Source: Veleropilina oligotropha (taxonomy: Eukaryota). From it: 64,000 nt of DNA. The position numbers and the translations under genes were made by a program. Of this stretch, positions 12,001 to 27,000 are shown one piece after another. The stretch spans positions 124,001 to 188,000 of the forward strand of contig JBEUKZ010000022.1 in NCBI GenBank assembly GCA_048128005.1. Reading direction: 5' to 3'. The notes beneath the pieces are model-generated. The model was not told where the DNA came from. It made no database searches and saw only the letters and a program-made list of their open reading frames with translations. How positions within the stretch are numbered: position 1 is the first letter of the stretch; the number at the start of each line of letters is the position of its first letter.

Positions 12001-15000
12001 GCATCGATGTTTACGGCCATTCTCCATATCATATTAAGAACATGAAATTTGTGTATCACTTAAAATGTCATATATCCCGACGGGACTCGAACCCGCGATC
12101 TCCTGAATTCCGTCCAGGCGCTCTACTGCTTAAGCTACGGGAACCGACAAGAAACATGGCACCGAAACTGATACAAGTGATGGACAGTAACGGTCGGCTC
12201 TGGATTGTATGTATTTATTAGACAATTATATGAGAGGCATAACATGGTTTTGTTTTAACCAACATATATGAATGCACTGGCATCGATGTTTACGCCCATT
12301 CTCCATATCATATTAAGAACATGAAATTTGTGTATCAGTTAAAAGGTTAGGGTTAGGGTTAACCCACGATCTCCTGAATTCCGTCCATGCGCTCTACCGC
12401 TTAAGTTATGGGAACCGACGAGAAACATGGCACCGAAACTGATACAAGTGATGGCCAGTAACTGTCGGCTCTGGCTTGTATGTATTTATTAGACAATTAT
12501 ATGAGAGGCATAACATGGTTTTGTTTTAACCAACATATATTAACGCACTGGCATCGATGTTTGCGGCCATTCTCCATATCATATTAAGAACATGAAATTT
12601 GTGTATCAGTTAAAATGTCATATATCCCGATGGGACTCGAACCCGTGATCTCCTGAATTCCATCCAGGCGCTCTACTGCTTAAGCTATGGGAACCAACGA
12701 GAAACATGGCACCGAAACTGATACAAGTGATGGCCAGTAATGGTCGGCTCTGGATTGTATGTATTTATTAGACAATTATATGAGAGGCATAACGTGGTTT
12801 TGTTTTAACCAACATATATTAATGCACTGGCATCGATGTTTACGGCCATTCTCCATATCATATTAGGAACATGAAATTTGTGTATCAGTTAAAATGTCAT
12901 ATATCCCGATGGGTCTCGAACCCGCGATCACCTGAATTCCGTCCAGGCGCTCTACCGACTAAGCTACGGGAACCGACGAGAAACATGGCACTGAAACTGA
13001 TACAGGTGACGACCAGTAACGGTCGGCTCTGGCTTGTATGTATTTATTAGACAATTATATGAGAGGCATAACATGGTTTTGTTTTAACCAACATATATTA
13101 ACGCACTGGCATTGATGTTTACGGCCATTCTCCATATCATATTAAGAACATGAAATTTGTGTATCAGTTAAAATGTCATATATCCCGATGGGACTCGAAC
13201 CCGCGATCTCCTGAATTCCGTCCAGGCGCTCTACCGACTAAGCTACGGGAACCGACGAGAAACATGGCACTGAAACTGATACAGGTGATGACCAGTAACG
13301 GTCGGCTCTGGCTTGTATGTATTTATTAGACAATTATATGAGAGGCATAACATGGTTTTGTTTTAACCAACATATATTAATGCACTGGCATCGATGTTTA
13401 CGGCCATTCTCCATATCATATTAAGAACATGAAATTTGTGTATCAGTTAAAATGTCATATATCCCGACGGGACTCGAACCCGCGATCTCCTGAATTCCAT
13501 CCAGGCGCTCTACCGACTAAGCTACGGGAACCGACGAGAAACATGGCACTGAAACTGATACAGGTGATGACCAGTAACGGTCAGCTCTGGCTTGTATGTA
13601 TTTATTAGACAATTATATGAGAGGCATAACATGGTTTTGATTTAACCAACATATATTAACGCACTGGCATCGATGTTTACGGCCATTCTCCATATCATAT
13701 TAAGAACATGAAATTTGTGTATCAGTTAAAATGTCATATATCCCGACGGGACTCGAACCCGTGATCTCCTAAATTCCGTCCAGGCGCTCTACCGACTAAG
13801 CTACGGGAACCGACGATAAACATGGCACTGGAACTGATACAGGTGATGACCAGTAACGGTCGGCTCTGGCTTGTATGTATTTATTAGACAATTATATGAG
13901 AGGCATAACATGGTTTTGTTTTAACCAACATATATTAACGCACTGGCATCGATGTTTACGGCCATTCTCCATATCATATTAAGAACATGAAATTTGTGTA
14001 TCAGTTAAAAGGTTAGGGTTAGGGTTAACCCAAGATCTCCTGAATTCCGTCCATGCGCTCTACCGCTTAAGCTATGGGAACCGACGAGAAACATGGCACC
14101 GAAACTGATACAAGTGATGACCAGTAACTGTCGGCTCTGGCTTGTATGTATTTATTAGACAATTATATGAGAGGCATAACATGGTTTTGTTTTAACCAAC
14201 ATATATTAACGCACTGGCATCGATGTTTGCGGCCATTCTCCCTATCATATTAAGAACATGAAATTTGTGAATCAGTTAAAATGTCATATATCCCGACGGG
14301 ACTCGAACCCGCGATCTCCTGAATTCCGTAAAGGCGCTCTACCGCTTAAGCTACGGGAACCGACGAGAAACATGGCACCGAAACTGAAACAAGTGATGGC
14401 CAGTAACGGTCGGCTCTGGCTTGTATGTGTTTATTAGACAATTATATGAAAGGCATAACATGGTTTTGTTTTAACCAACATATATTAACGCACTGGCATT
14501 GATGTTTACGGCCATTCTCCATATCATATTAAGAACATGAAATTTGTGTATCAGTTAAAATGTCATATATCCCGAAGGGACTCGAACCCGCGATCTCCTG
14601 AATTCCATCCAGGCGCTCTACCGCTTAAGCTACGGGAACCGACGAGAAACATGGCACCGAAACTGATACAAGTGATGGCCAGTAACGGTCGGCTCTGGCT
14701 TGTTTGTATTTATTAGACAATTATATGAGAGGCATAACATGGTTTTGTTTTAACCAACATATATTAACGCACTGGCATCGATGTTTATGGCCATTCTCCA
14801 TATCATATTAAGAACATGAAATTTGTGTATCAGTTGAAATATCATATATCCCGACGGAACTTGAACCCGCAATCTCCTGAATTCTGTCCGGGCGCTCTAC
14901 CGCTTAAGCTATGGGAACCAACGAGAAACATGGCACCGAAACTGATACAAGTGATGGCCAGTAACGGTCGGCTCTGGCTTGTATGTATTTATTAGACAAT

Positions 15001-18000
15001 TATATGAGAGGCATAACATGGTTTTGTTTTAACCAACATATATTAATGCACTGGCATCGATGTTTACGGCCATTCGCCATATCATATTAAGAACATGAAA
15101 TTTGTGCATCAGTTAAAAGGTCATATATCCCGATGGGACTCGAACCCACGATCTCCTGAATTCCGTCCAGGCGCTCTACCGACTAAGCTACGGGAACCGA
15201 CGAGAAACATGGCACTGAAACTGATACAAGTGATGGCCAATAACGGTCGGCTCTGGCTTGTATGTATTTATTAGACAATTATATGAGAGGCATAACATGG
15301 TTTTGTTTTAACCAACATATATTAACGCACTGGCATCGATGTTTACGGCCATTCTACATATCATATTAAGAACATGAAATTTGTGTATCAGTTAAAATGT
15401 CATATATCCCGACGGGGCTCGAACCCGCGATCTCCTGAATTCCGTCCAGGCGCTCTACCGACTAAGCTATGGGAACCGACGAGAAACATGGCACTGAAAC
15501 TGATACAAGTGATGGCCAGTAATGGTCGGCTCTGGCTTGTATGTATTTATTAGACAATTATATGAGAGGCATAACATGGTTTTGTTTTAACCAACATATA
15601 TTAACGCACTGGCATCGATGTTTACGGCCATTCTCCATATCATATTAAGAACATGAAATTTGTGTATCAGTTAAAATGTCATATATCCCGACGGGACTCG
15701 AACCTGCGATCTCCTGAATTCCGTCCAGGCGCTCTACCGCTTAAGCTACGGGAACCGACGAGAAACATGGCACCGAAACTGATACAAGTGATGGCCAGTA
15801 ACAGTCGGCTCTGGGTTGTTTGTATTTATTAGACAATTATATGAGAGGCATAACATGGTTTTGTTTTAACCAACATATATTAACGCACTGGCATCGATGT
15901 TGACGGCCATTTTCCATATCATATTAAGAACATGTAATTTGTGTAACAGTTAAAATGTCATATATCCCGCCGGGACTCGAACCCGCGATCTCCTGAATTC
16001 CGTCCAGGCGCTCTACCGCTTAAGCTACGGGAACCAACGAGAAACATGGCACCGAAACTGATACAAGTGATGGCCAGTAACAGTCGGCTCTAGCTTGTAT
16101 GTATTTATTAGACAATTATATGAGAGGCATAACATGGTTTTGTTTTAACCAACATATATTAACGCACTGGCATCGATGTTTACGGCCATTCTCCATATCA
16201 TATTAAGAACATGAAATTTGTGTATCACTTAAAATGTCATATATCCCGACGGGACTCGAACCCGCGACCTCCTGAATTCCGTCCAGGCGCTCTACCGACT
16301 AAGCTACGGGATCCGACGAGAAACATGGCACTGGAACTGATACAGGTGATGACCAGTAACGGTCGGCTCTGGCTTGTATGTATTTATTAGACAATTATAT
16401 GAGAGGCATAACATGGTTTTGTTTTAACCAACATATATTAACGCACTGGCATCGATGTTTACGGCCATTCTCCATATCATATTAAGATCATGAAATTTGT
16501 GTATCAGTTAAAATGTCATATATCCCGACGGGACTCGAACCCGCGACCTCCTGAATTCCGTCCAGGCGCTCTACCGACTAAGCTACGGGATCCGACGAGA
16601 AACATGGCACTGAAACTGATACAGGTGATGACCAGTAACGGTCGGCTCTGGCTTGTATGTATTTATTGGACAATTATATGAGAGGCATAACATGGTTTTG
16701 TTTTAACCAACATATATTAACGCACTGGCATCGATGTTTACGGCCATTCTCCATATCATATTAAGAACAAGATATTTGTGTATCAGTTAAAATGTCATAT
16801 ATCCCGACGGGACTCGAACCCTCGATCTCCTGAATTCCGTCCAGGCGCTCTACCGACTAAGCTACGGGAACCGACGAGAAACATGGCACTGAAACTGATA
16901 CAGGTGATGACCAGTAACGGTCAGCTCTGGCTTGTATGTATTTATTAGACAATTATATGAGAGGCATAACATGGTTTTGATTTAACCAACATATATTAAC
17001 GCACTGGCATCGATGTTTACGGCCATTCTCCATATCATATTAAGAACATGAAATTTGTGTATCAGTTAAAATGTCATATATCCCGACGGGACTCGAACCC
17101 GTGATCTCCTAAATTCCGTCCAGGCGCTCTACCGACTAAGCTACGGGAACCGACGATAAACATGGCACTGGAACTGATACAGGTGATGACCAGTAACGGT
17201 CGGCTCTGGCTTGTATGTATTTATTAGACAATTATATGAGAGGCATAACATGGTTTTGTTTTAACCAACATATATTAACGCACTGGCATCGATGTTTACG
17301 GCCATTCTCCATATCATATTAAGAACATGAAATTTGTGTATCAGTTAAAAGGTTAGGGTTAGGGTTAACCCAAGATCTCCTGAATTCCGTCCATGCGCTC
17401 TACCGCTTAAGCTATGGGAACCGACGAGAAACATGGCACCGAAACTGATACAAGTGATGACCAGTAACTGTCGGCTCTGGCTTGTATGTATTTATTAGAC
17501 AATTATATGAGAGGCATAACATGGTTTTGTTTTAACCAACATATATTAACGCACTGGCATCGATGTTTGCGGCCATTCTCCATATCATATTAAGAACATG
17601 AAATTTGTGAATCAGTTAAAATGTCATATATCCCGACAGGACTCGAACCCGCGATCTCCTGAATTCCGTAAAGGCGCTCTACCGCTTAAGCTACGGGAAC
17701 CGACGAGAAACATGGCACCGAAACTGAAACAAGTGATGGCCAGTAACGGTCGGCTCTGGCTTGTATGTGTTTATTAGACAATTATATGAAAGGCATAACA
17801 TGGTTTTGTTTTAACCAACATATATTAACGCACTGGCATCGATGTTTATGGCCATTCTCCATATCATATTAAGAACATGAAATTTGTGTATCAGTTGAAA
17901 TATCATATATCCCGACGGGACTTGAACCCGCAATCTCCTGAATTCTGTCCGGGCGCTCTACCGCTTAAGCTATGGGAACCAACGAGAAACATGGCACCGA

Positions 18001-21000
18001 AACTGATACAAGTGATGGCCAGTAACGGTCGGCTCTGGCTTGTATGTATTTATTAGACAATTATATGAGAGGCATAACATGGTTTTGTTTTAACCAACAT
18101 ATATTAATGCACTGGCATCGATGTTTACGGCCATTCGCCATATCATATTAAGAACATGAAATTTGTGTATCAGTTAAAATGTCATATATCCCAATGGGAC
18201 TCGAACCCGCGATCTCCTGAATTCCGTCCAGGCGCTCTACCGCTTAAGCTACGGGAACCGACGAGAAACATGGCACCGAAACTGATACAAGTGATGGCCA
18301 GTAACGGTCGGCTCTGGCTTGTATGTATTTATTAGACAATTATATGAGAGGCATAACATGGTTTTGTTTTAACCAACATATATTAATGCACTGGCATCGA
18401 TGTTTACGGCCATTCTCCATATCATATTAAGAACATGAAATTTGTGCATCAGTTAAAAGGTCATATATCCCGATGGGACTCGAACCCACGATCTCCTGAA
18501 TTCCGTCCAGGCGCTCTACCGACTAAGCTACGGGAACCGACGAGAAACATGGCACTGAAACTGATACAAGTGATGGCCTGTAATGGTCGGCTCTGGCTTG
18601 TATGTATTTATTACACAATTATATGAGAGGCATAACATGGTTTTGTTTTAACCAACATATATTAACGCACTGGCATCGATGTTTACGGCCATTCTCCATA
18701 TCATATTAAGAACATGAAATTTGTGTATCAGTTAAAATGTCATATATCCCGACGGGACTCGAACCTGCGATCTCCTGAATTCCGTCCAGGCGCTCTACCG
18801 CTTAAGCTACGGGAACCGACGAGAAACATGGCACCGAAACTGATACAAGTGATGGCCAGTAACAGTCGGCTCTGGGTTGTTTGTATTTATTAGACAATTA
18901 TATGAGAGGCATAACATGGTTTTGTTTTAACCAACATATATTAACGCACTGGCATCGATGTTGACGGCCATTCTCCATATCATATTAAGAACATGTAATT
19001 TGTGTAACAGTTAAAATGTCATATATCCCGCCGGGACTCGAACCCGCGATCTCCTGAATTCCGTCCAGGCGCTCTACCGCTTAAGCTACGGGAACCAACG
19101 AGAAACATGGCACCGAAACTGATACAAGTGATGGCCAGTAACAGTCGGCTCTAGCTTGTATGTATTTATTAGACAATTATATGAGAGGCATAACATGGTT
19201 TTGTTTTAACCAACATATATTAACGCACTGGCATCGATGTTTACGGCCATTCTCCATATCATATTAAGAACATGAAATTTGTGTATCACTTAAAATGTCA
19301 TATATCCCGATGGGACTCGAACCCGCGATCTCCTGAATTCCGTCCAGGCGCTCTACTGCTTAAGCTACGGGAACCGACAAGAAACATGGCACCGAAACTG
19401 ATACAAGTGATGGCCAGTAACGGTCGGCTCTGGATTGTATGTATTTATTAGACAATTATATGAGAGGCATAACATGGTTTTGTTTTAACCAACATATATG
19501 AATGCACTGGCATCGATGTTTACGCCCATTCTCCATATCATATTAAGAACATGAAATTTGTGTATCAGTTAAAAGGTTAGGGTTAGGGTTAACGCACGAT
19601 CTCCTGAATTCCGTCCATGCACTCTACCGCTTAAGTTATGGGAACCGACGAGAAACATGGCACCGAAACTGATACAAGTGATGGCCAGTAACTGTCGGCT
19701 CTGGCTTGTATGTATTTATTAGACAATTATATGAGAGGCATAACATGGTTTTGTTTTAACCAACATATATTAACGCACTGGCATCGATGTTTGCGGCCAT
19801 TCTCCATATCATATTAAGAACATGAAATTTGTGTATCAGTTAAAATGTCATATATCCCGATGGGGCTCGAACCCGCGATCTCCTGAATTCCGTCCAGGCG
19901 CTCTACTGCTTAAGCTACGGGAACCAACGAGAAACATGGCACCGAAACTGATACAAGTGATGGCCAGTAATGGTCGGCTCTGGATTGTATGTATTTATTA
20001 GACAATTATATGAGAGGCATAACGTGGTTTTGTTTTAACCAACATATATTAATGCACTGGCATCGATGTTTACGGCCATTCTCCATATCATATTAGGAAC
20101 ATGAAATTTGTGTATCAGTTAAAATGTCATATATCCCGATGGGACTCGAACCCGCGATCTCCTGAATTCCGTCCAGGCGCTCTACCGACTAAGCTACGGG
20201 AACCGACGAGAAACATGGCACTGAAACTGATACAGGTGATGACCAGTAACGGTCGGCTCTGGCTTGTATGTATTTATTAGACAATTATATGAGAGGCATA
20301 ACATGGTTTTGTTTTAACCAACATATATTAATGCACTGGCATCGATGTTTACGGCCATTCTCCATATCATATTAAGAACATGAAATTTGTGTATCAGTTA
20401 AAATGTCATATATCCCGATGGGACTCGAACCCGCGATCTCCTGAATTCCGTCCAGGCGCTCTACCGACTAAGCTATGGGAACCGACGAGAAACATGGCAC
20501 TGAAACTGATACAGGTGATGACCAGTAACGGTCGGCTCTGGCTTGTATGTATTTATTAGACAATTATATGAGAGGCATAACATGGTTTTGTTTTAACCAA
20601 CATATATTAACGCACTGGCATCGATGTTTACGGCCATTCTCCATATCATATTAAGAACATGAAATTTGTGTATCAGTTAAAATGTCATATATCCCGACGG
20701 GACTCGAACCCGCGATCTCCTGAATTCCATCCAGGCACTCTACCGACTAAGCTACGGGAACCGACGAGAAACATGGCACTGAAACTGATACAGGTGATGA
20801 CCAGTAACGGTCGGCTCTGGCTTGTATGTATTTATTAGACAATTATATGAGAGGCATAACATGGTTTTGATTTAACCAACATATATTAACGCACTGGCAT
20901 CGATGTTTACGGCCATTCTCCATATCATATTAAGAACATGAAATTTGTGTATCAGTTAAAATGTCATATATCCCGACGGGACTCGAACCCGCGATCTCCT

Positions 21001-24000
21001 AAATTCCGTCCAGGCGCTCTACCGACTAAGCTACGGGAACCGACGATAAACATGGCACTGGAACTGATACAGGTGATGACCAGTAACGGTCGGCTCTGGC
21101 TTGTATGTATTTATTAGACAATTATATGAGAGGCATAACATGGCTTTGTTTTAACCAACATATATTAACGCACTGGCATCGATGTTTACGGCCATTCTCC
21201 ATATCATATTAAGAAGATGAAATTTGTGTATCAGTTAAAATGTCATATATCCCGACGGGACTCGAACCCGCGACCTCCTGAATTCCGTCCAGGCGCTCTA
21301 CCGACTAAGCTACGGGATCCGACGAGAAACATGGCACTGAAACTGATACAGGTGATGACCAGTAACGGTCGGCTCTGGCTTGTATGTATTTATTGGACAA
21401 TTATATGAGAGGCATAACATGGTTTTGTTTTAACCAACATATATTAACGCACTGGCATCGATGTTTACGGCCATTCTCCATATCATATTAAGAACAAGAA
21501 ATTTGTGTATCAGTTAAAATGTCATATATCCCGACGGGACTCGAACCCTCGATCTCCTGAATTCCGTCCAGGCGCTCTACTGACTAAGCTACGGGAACCG
21601 ACGAGAAACATGGCACTGAAACTGATACAGGTGATGACCAGTAATGGTCGGCTCTGGCTTGTATGTATTTATTAGACAATTATATGAGAGGCATAACATG
21701 GTTTTGTTTTAACCAACATATATTAATGCACTGGCATCGATGTTTACGGCCATTCTCCATATCATATTAAGAACATGAAATTTGTGTATCAGTTAAAATG
21801 TCATATATCCCGACGGGACTCGAACCCGCGATCTCCTAAATTCCGTCCAGGCGCTCTACCGACTAAGCTACGGGAACCGACGATAAACATGGCACTGGAA
21901 CTGATACAGGTGATGACCAGTAACGGTCGGCTCTGGCTTGTATGTATTTATTAGACAATTATATGAGAGGCATAACATGGCTTTGTTTTAACCAACATAT
22001 ATTAACGCACTGGCATCGATGTTTACGGCCATTCTCCATATCATATTAAGAAGATGAAATTTGTGTATCAGTTAAAATGTCATATATCCCGACGGGACTC
22101 GAACCCGCGACCTCCTGAATTCCGTCCAGGCGCTCTACCGACTAAGCTACGGGATCCGACGAGAAACATGGCACTGAAACTGATACAGGTGATGACCAGT
22201 AACGGTCGGCTCTGGCTTGTATGTATTTATTGGACAATTATATGAGAGGCATAACATGGTTTTGTTTTAACCAACATATATTAACGCACTGGCATCGATG
22301 TTTACGGCCATTCTCCATATCATATTAAGAACAAGAAATTTGTGTATCAGTTAAAATGTCATATATCCCGACGGGACTCGAACCCTCGATCTCCTGAATT
22401 CCGTCCAGGCGCTCTACTGACTAAGCTACGGGAACCGACGAGAAACATGGCACTGAAACTGATACAGGTGATGACCAGTAATGGTCGGCTCTGGCTTGTA
22501 TGTATTTATTAGACAATTATATGAGAGGCATAACATGGTTTTGTTTTAACCAACATATATTAATGCACTGGCATCGATGTTTACGGCCATTCTCCATATC
22601 ATATTAAGAACATGAAATTTGTGTATCAGTTAAAATGTCATATATCCCGACGGGACTCGAACCCGCGATCTCCTGAATTCCGTCCAGGCGCTCTACTGAC
22701 TAAGCTACGGGAACCGACGAGAAACATGGCACTGAAACTGATACAGGTGATGACCAGTAACGGTCGGCTCTGGCTTGTATGTATTTATTAGACAATTATA
22801 TGAGAGGCATAACATGGTTTTGTTTTAACCAACATATATTAACGCACTGGCATCGATGTTTACGGCCATTCTCCATATCATATTAAGAACATGAAATTTG
22901 TGTATCAGTTAAAATGTCATATATCCCGACGGGACTCGAACCCGCGATCACCTGAATTCCGTCCAGGCGCTCTACCGACTAAGCTACGGGAACCGACGAG
23001 AAACATGGCACTGAAACTGATACAGGTGATGACCAGTAACGGTCGGCTCTGGCTTGTATGTATTTATTAGACAACTATATGAGAGGCATAACATGGTTTT
23101 GTTTTAACCAACATATATTAACGCACTGGCATCGATGTTTACGGCCATTCTCCATATCATATTAAGAACATGAAATTTGTGTATCAGTTAAAATGTCATA
23201 TATCCCGATGGGACTCGAACCCGCGATCTCCTGAATTCCGTCCAGGCGCTCTACCGACTAAGCTATGGGAACCGACGAGAAACATGGCACTGAAACTGAT
23301 ACAGGTGATGACCAGTAACGGTCGGCTCTGGCTTGTATGTATTTATTAGACAATTATATGAGAGGCATAACATGGTTTTGTTTTAACCAACATATATTAA
23401 CGCACTGGCATCGATGTTTACGGCCTTCTCCATATCATGTTAACAACATGAAATTTGTGTATCAGTTAAAATGTCATATATCCCGACGGGACTCGAACCT
23501 GCGATCTCCTGAATTCCGTCCAGGCGCTCTACCGACTAAGCTACGGGAACCGACGAGAAACATGGCACTGAAACTGATACAGGTGATGACCAGTAACGGT
23601 CGGCTCTGGCTTGTATGTATTTATTAGACAATTATATGAGAGGCATAACATGGTTTTGATTTAACCAACATATATTAGCGCACTGGCATCGATGTTTACG
23701 GCCATTCTCCATATCATATTAAGAACATGAAATTTGTGTATCAGTTAAAATGTCATATATCCCGACGGGACTCGAACCCGCGATCTCCTAAATTCCGTCC
23801 AGGCGCTCTACCGACTAAGCTACGGGAACCGACGATAAACATGGCACTGGAACTGATACAGGTGATGGCCAGTAACGGTCGGTTCTGGCTTGTATGTATT
23901 TATTAGACAATTATATGAGAGGCATAACATGGCTTTGTTTTAACCAACATATATTAACGCACTGGCATCGATGTTTACGGCCATTCTCCATATCATATTA

Positions 24001-27000
24001 AGAACATGAAATTTGTGTATCAGTTAAAATGTCATATATCCCGACGGGACTCGAACCCGCGACCTCCTGAATTCCGTCCAGGCGCTCTACCGACTAAGCT
24101 ACGGGATCCGACGAGAAACATGGCACTGAAACTGATACAGGTGATGACCAGTAACGGTCGGCTCTGGCTTGTATATATTTATTGGACAATTATATGAGAG
24201 GCATAACATGGTTTTGTTTTAACCAACATATATTAACGCACTGGCATCGATGTTTACGGCCATTCTCCATATCATATTAAGAACAAGAAATTTGTGTATC
24301 AGTTAAAATGTCATATATCCCGACGGGACTCGAACCCTCGATCTCCTGAATTCCGTCCAGGCGCTCTACTGACTAAGCTACGGGAACCGACGAGAAACAT
24401 GGCACTGAAACTGATACAGGTGATGACCAGTAACGGTCGGCTCTGGCTTGTATGTATTTATTAGACAATTATATGAGAGGCATAACATGGTTTTGTTTTA
24501 ACCAACATATATTAATGCACTGGCATCGATGTTTACGGCCATTCTCCATATCATATTAAGAACATGAAATTTGTGTATCAGTTAAAATGTCATATATCCC
24601 GACGGGACTCGAACCCGCGATCTCCTGAATTCCGTCCAGGCGCTCTACTGACTAAGCTACGGGAACCGACGAGAAACATGGCACTGAAACTGATACAGGT
24701 GATGACCAGTAACGGTCGGCTCTGGCTTGTATGTATTTATTAGACAATTATATGAGAGGCATAACATGGTTTTGTTTTAACCAACATATATTAACGCACT
24801 GGCATCGATGTTTACGGCCATTCTCCATATCATATTAAGAACATGAAATTTGTGTATCAGTTAAAATGTCATATATCCCGACGGGACTCGAACCCGCGAT
24901 CACCTGAATTCCGTCCAGGCGCTCTACTGACTAAGCTACGGGAACCGACGAGAAACATGGCACTGAAACTGATACAGGTGATGACCAGTAACGGTCGGCT
25001 CTGGCTTGTATGTATTTATTAGACAATTATATGAGAGGCATAACATGGTTTTGTTTTAACCAACATATATTAACGCACTGGCATCGATGTTTACGGCCAT
25101 TCTCCATATCATATTAAGAACATGAAATTTGTGTATCAGTTAAAATGTCATATATCCCGACGGGACTCGAACCCGCGATCACCTGAATTCCGTCCAGGCG
25201 CTCTACCGACTAAGCTACGGGAACCGACGAGAAACATGGCACTGAAACTGATACAGGTGATGACCAGTAACGGTCGGCTCTGGCTTGTATGTATTTATTA
25301 GACAACTATATGAGAGGCATAACATGGTTTTGTTTTAACCAACATATATTAACGCACTGGCATCGATGTTTACGGCCATTCTCCATATCATATTAAGAAC
25401 ATGAAATTTGTGTATCAGTTAAAATGTCATATATCCCGATGGGACTCGAACCCGCGATCTCCTGAATTCCGTCCAGGCGCTCTACCGACTAAGCTATGGG
25501 AACCGACGAGAAACATGGCACTGAAACTGATACAGGTGATGACCAGTAACGGTCGGCTCTGGCTTGTATGTATTTATTAGACAATTATATGAGAGGCATA
25601 ACATGGTTTTGTTTTAACCAACATATATTAACGCACTGGCATCGATGTTTACGGCCTTCTCCATATCATGTTAACAACATGAAATTTGTGTATCAGTTAA
25701 AATGTCATATATCCCGACGGGACTCGAACCTGCGATCTCCTGAATTCCGTCCAGGCGCTCTACCGACTAAGCTACGGGAACCGACGAGAAACATGGCACT
25801 GAAACTGATACAGGTGATGACCAGTAACGGTCGGCTCTGGCTTGTATGTATTTATTAGACAATTATATGAGAGGCATAACATGGTTTTGATTTAACCAAC
25901 ATATATTAGCGCACTGGCATCGATGTTTACGGCCATTCTCCATATCATATTAAGAACATGAAATTTGTGTATCAGTTAAAATGTCATATATCCCGACGGG
26001 ACTCGAACCCGCGATCTCCTAAATTCCGTCCAGGCGCTCTACCGACTAAGCTACGGGAACCGACGATAAACATGGCACTGGAACTGATACAGGTGATGGC
26101 CAGTAACGGTCGGTTCTGGCTTGTATGTATTTATTAGACAATTATATGAGAGGCATAACATGGCTTTGTTTTAACCAACATATATTAACGCACTGGCATC
26201 GATGTTTACGGCCATTCTCCATATCATATTAAGAACATGAAATTTGTGTATCAGTTAAAATGTCATATATCCCGACGGGACTCGAACCCGCGACCTCCTG
26301 AATTCCGTCCAGGCGCTCTACCGACTAAGCTACGGGATCCGACGAGAAACATGGCACTGAAACTGATACAGGTGATGACCAGTAACGGTCGGCTCTGGCT
26401 TGTATGTATTTATTGGACAATTATATGAGAGGCATAACATGGTTTTGTTTTAACCAACATATATTAACGCACTGGCATCGATGTTTACGGCCATTCTCCA
26501 TATCATATTAAGAACAAGAAATTTGTGTATCAGTTAAAATGTCATATATCCCGACGGGACTCGAACCCTCGATCTCCTGAATTCCGTCCAGGCGCTCTAC
26601 TGACTAAGCTACGGGAACCGACGAGAAACATGGCACTGAAACTGATACAGGTGATGACCAGTAACGGTCGGCTCTGGCTTGTATGTATTTATTAGACAAT
26701 TATATGAGAGGCATAACATGGTTTTGTTTTAACCAACATATATTAATGCACTGGCATCGATGTTTACGGCCATTCTCCATATCATATTAAGAACATGAAA
26801 TTTGTGTATCAGTTAAAATGTCATATATCCCGACGGGACTCGAACCCGCGATCTCCTGAATTCCGTCCAGGCGCTCTACTGACTAAGCTACGGGAACCGA
26901 CGAGAAACATGGCACTGAAACTGATACAGGTGATGACCAGTAACGGTCGGCTCTGGCTTGTATGTATTTATTAGACAATTATATGAGAGGCATAACATGG

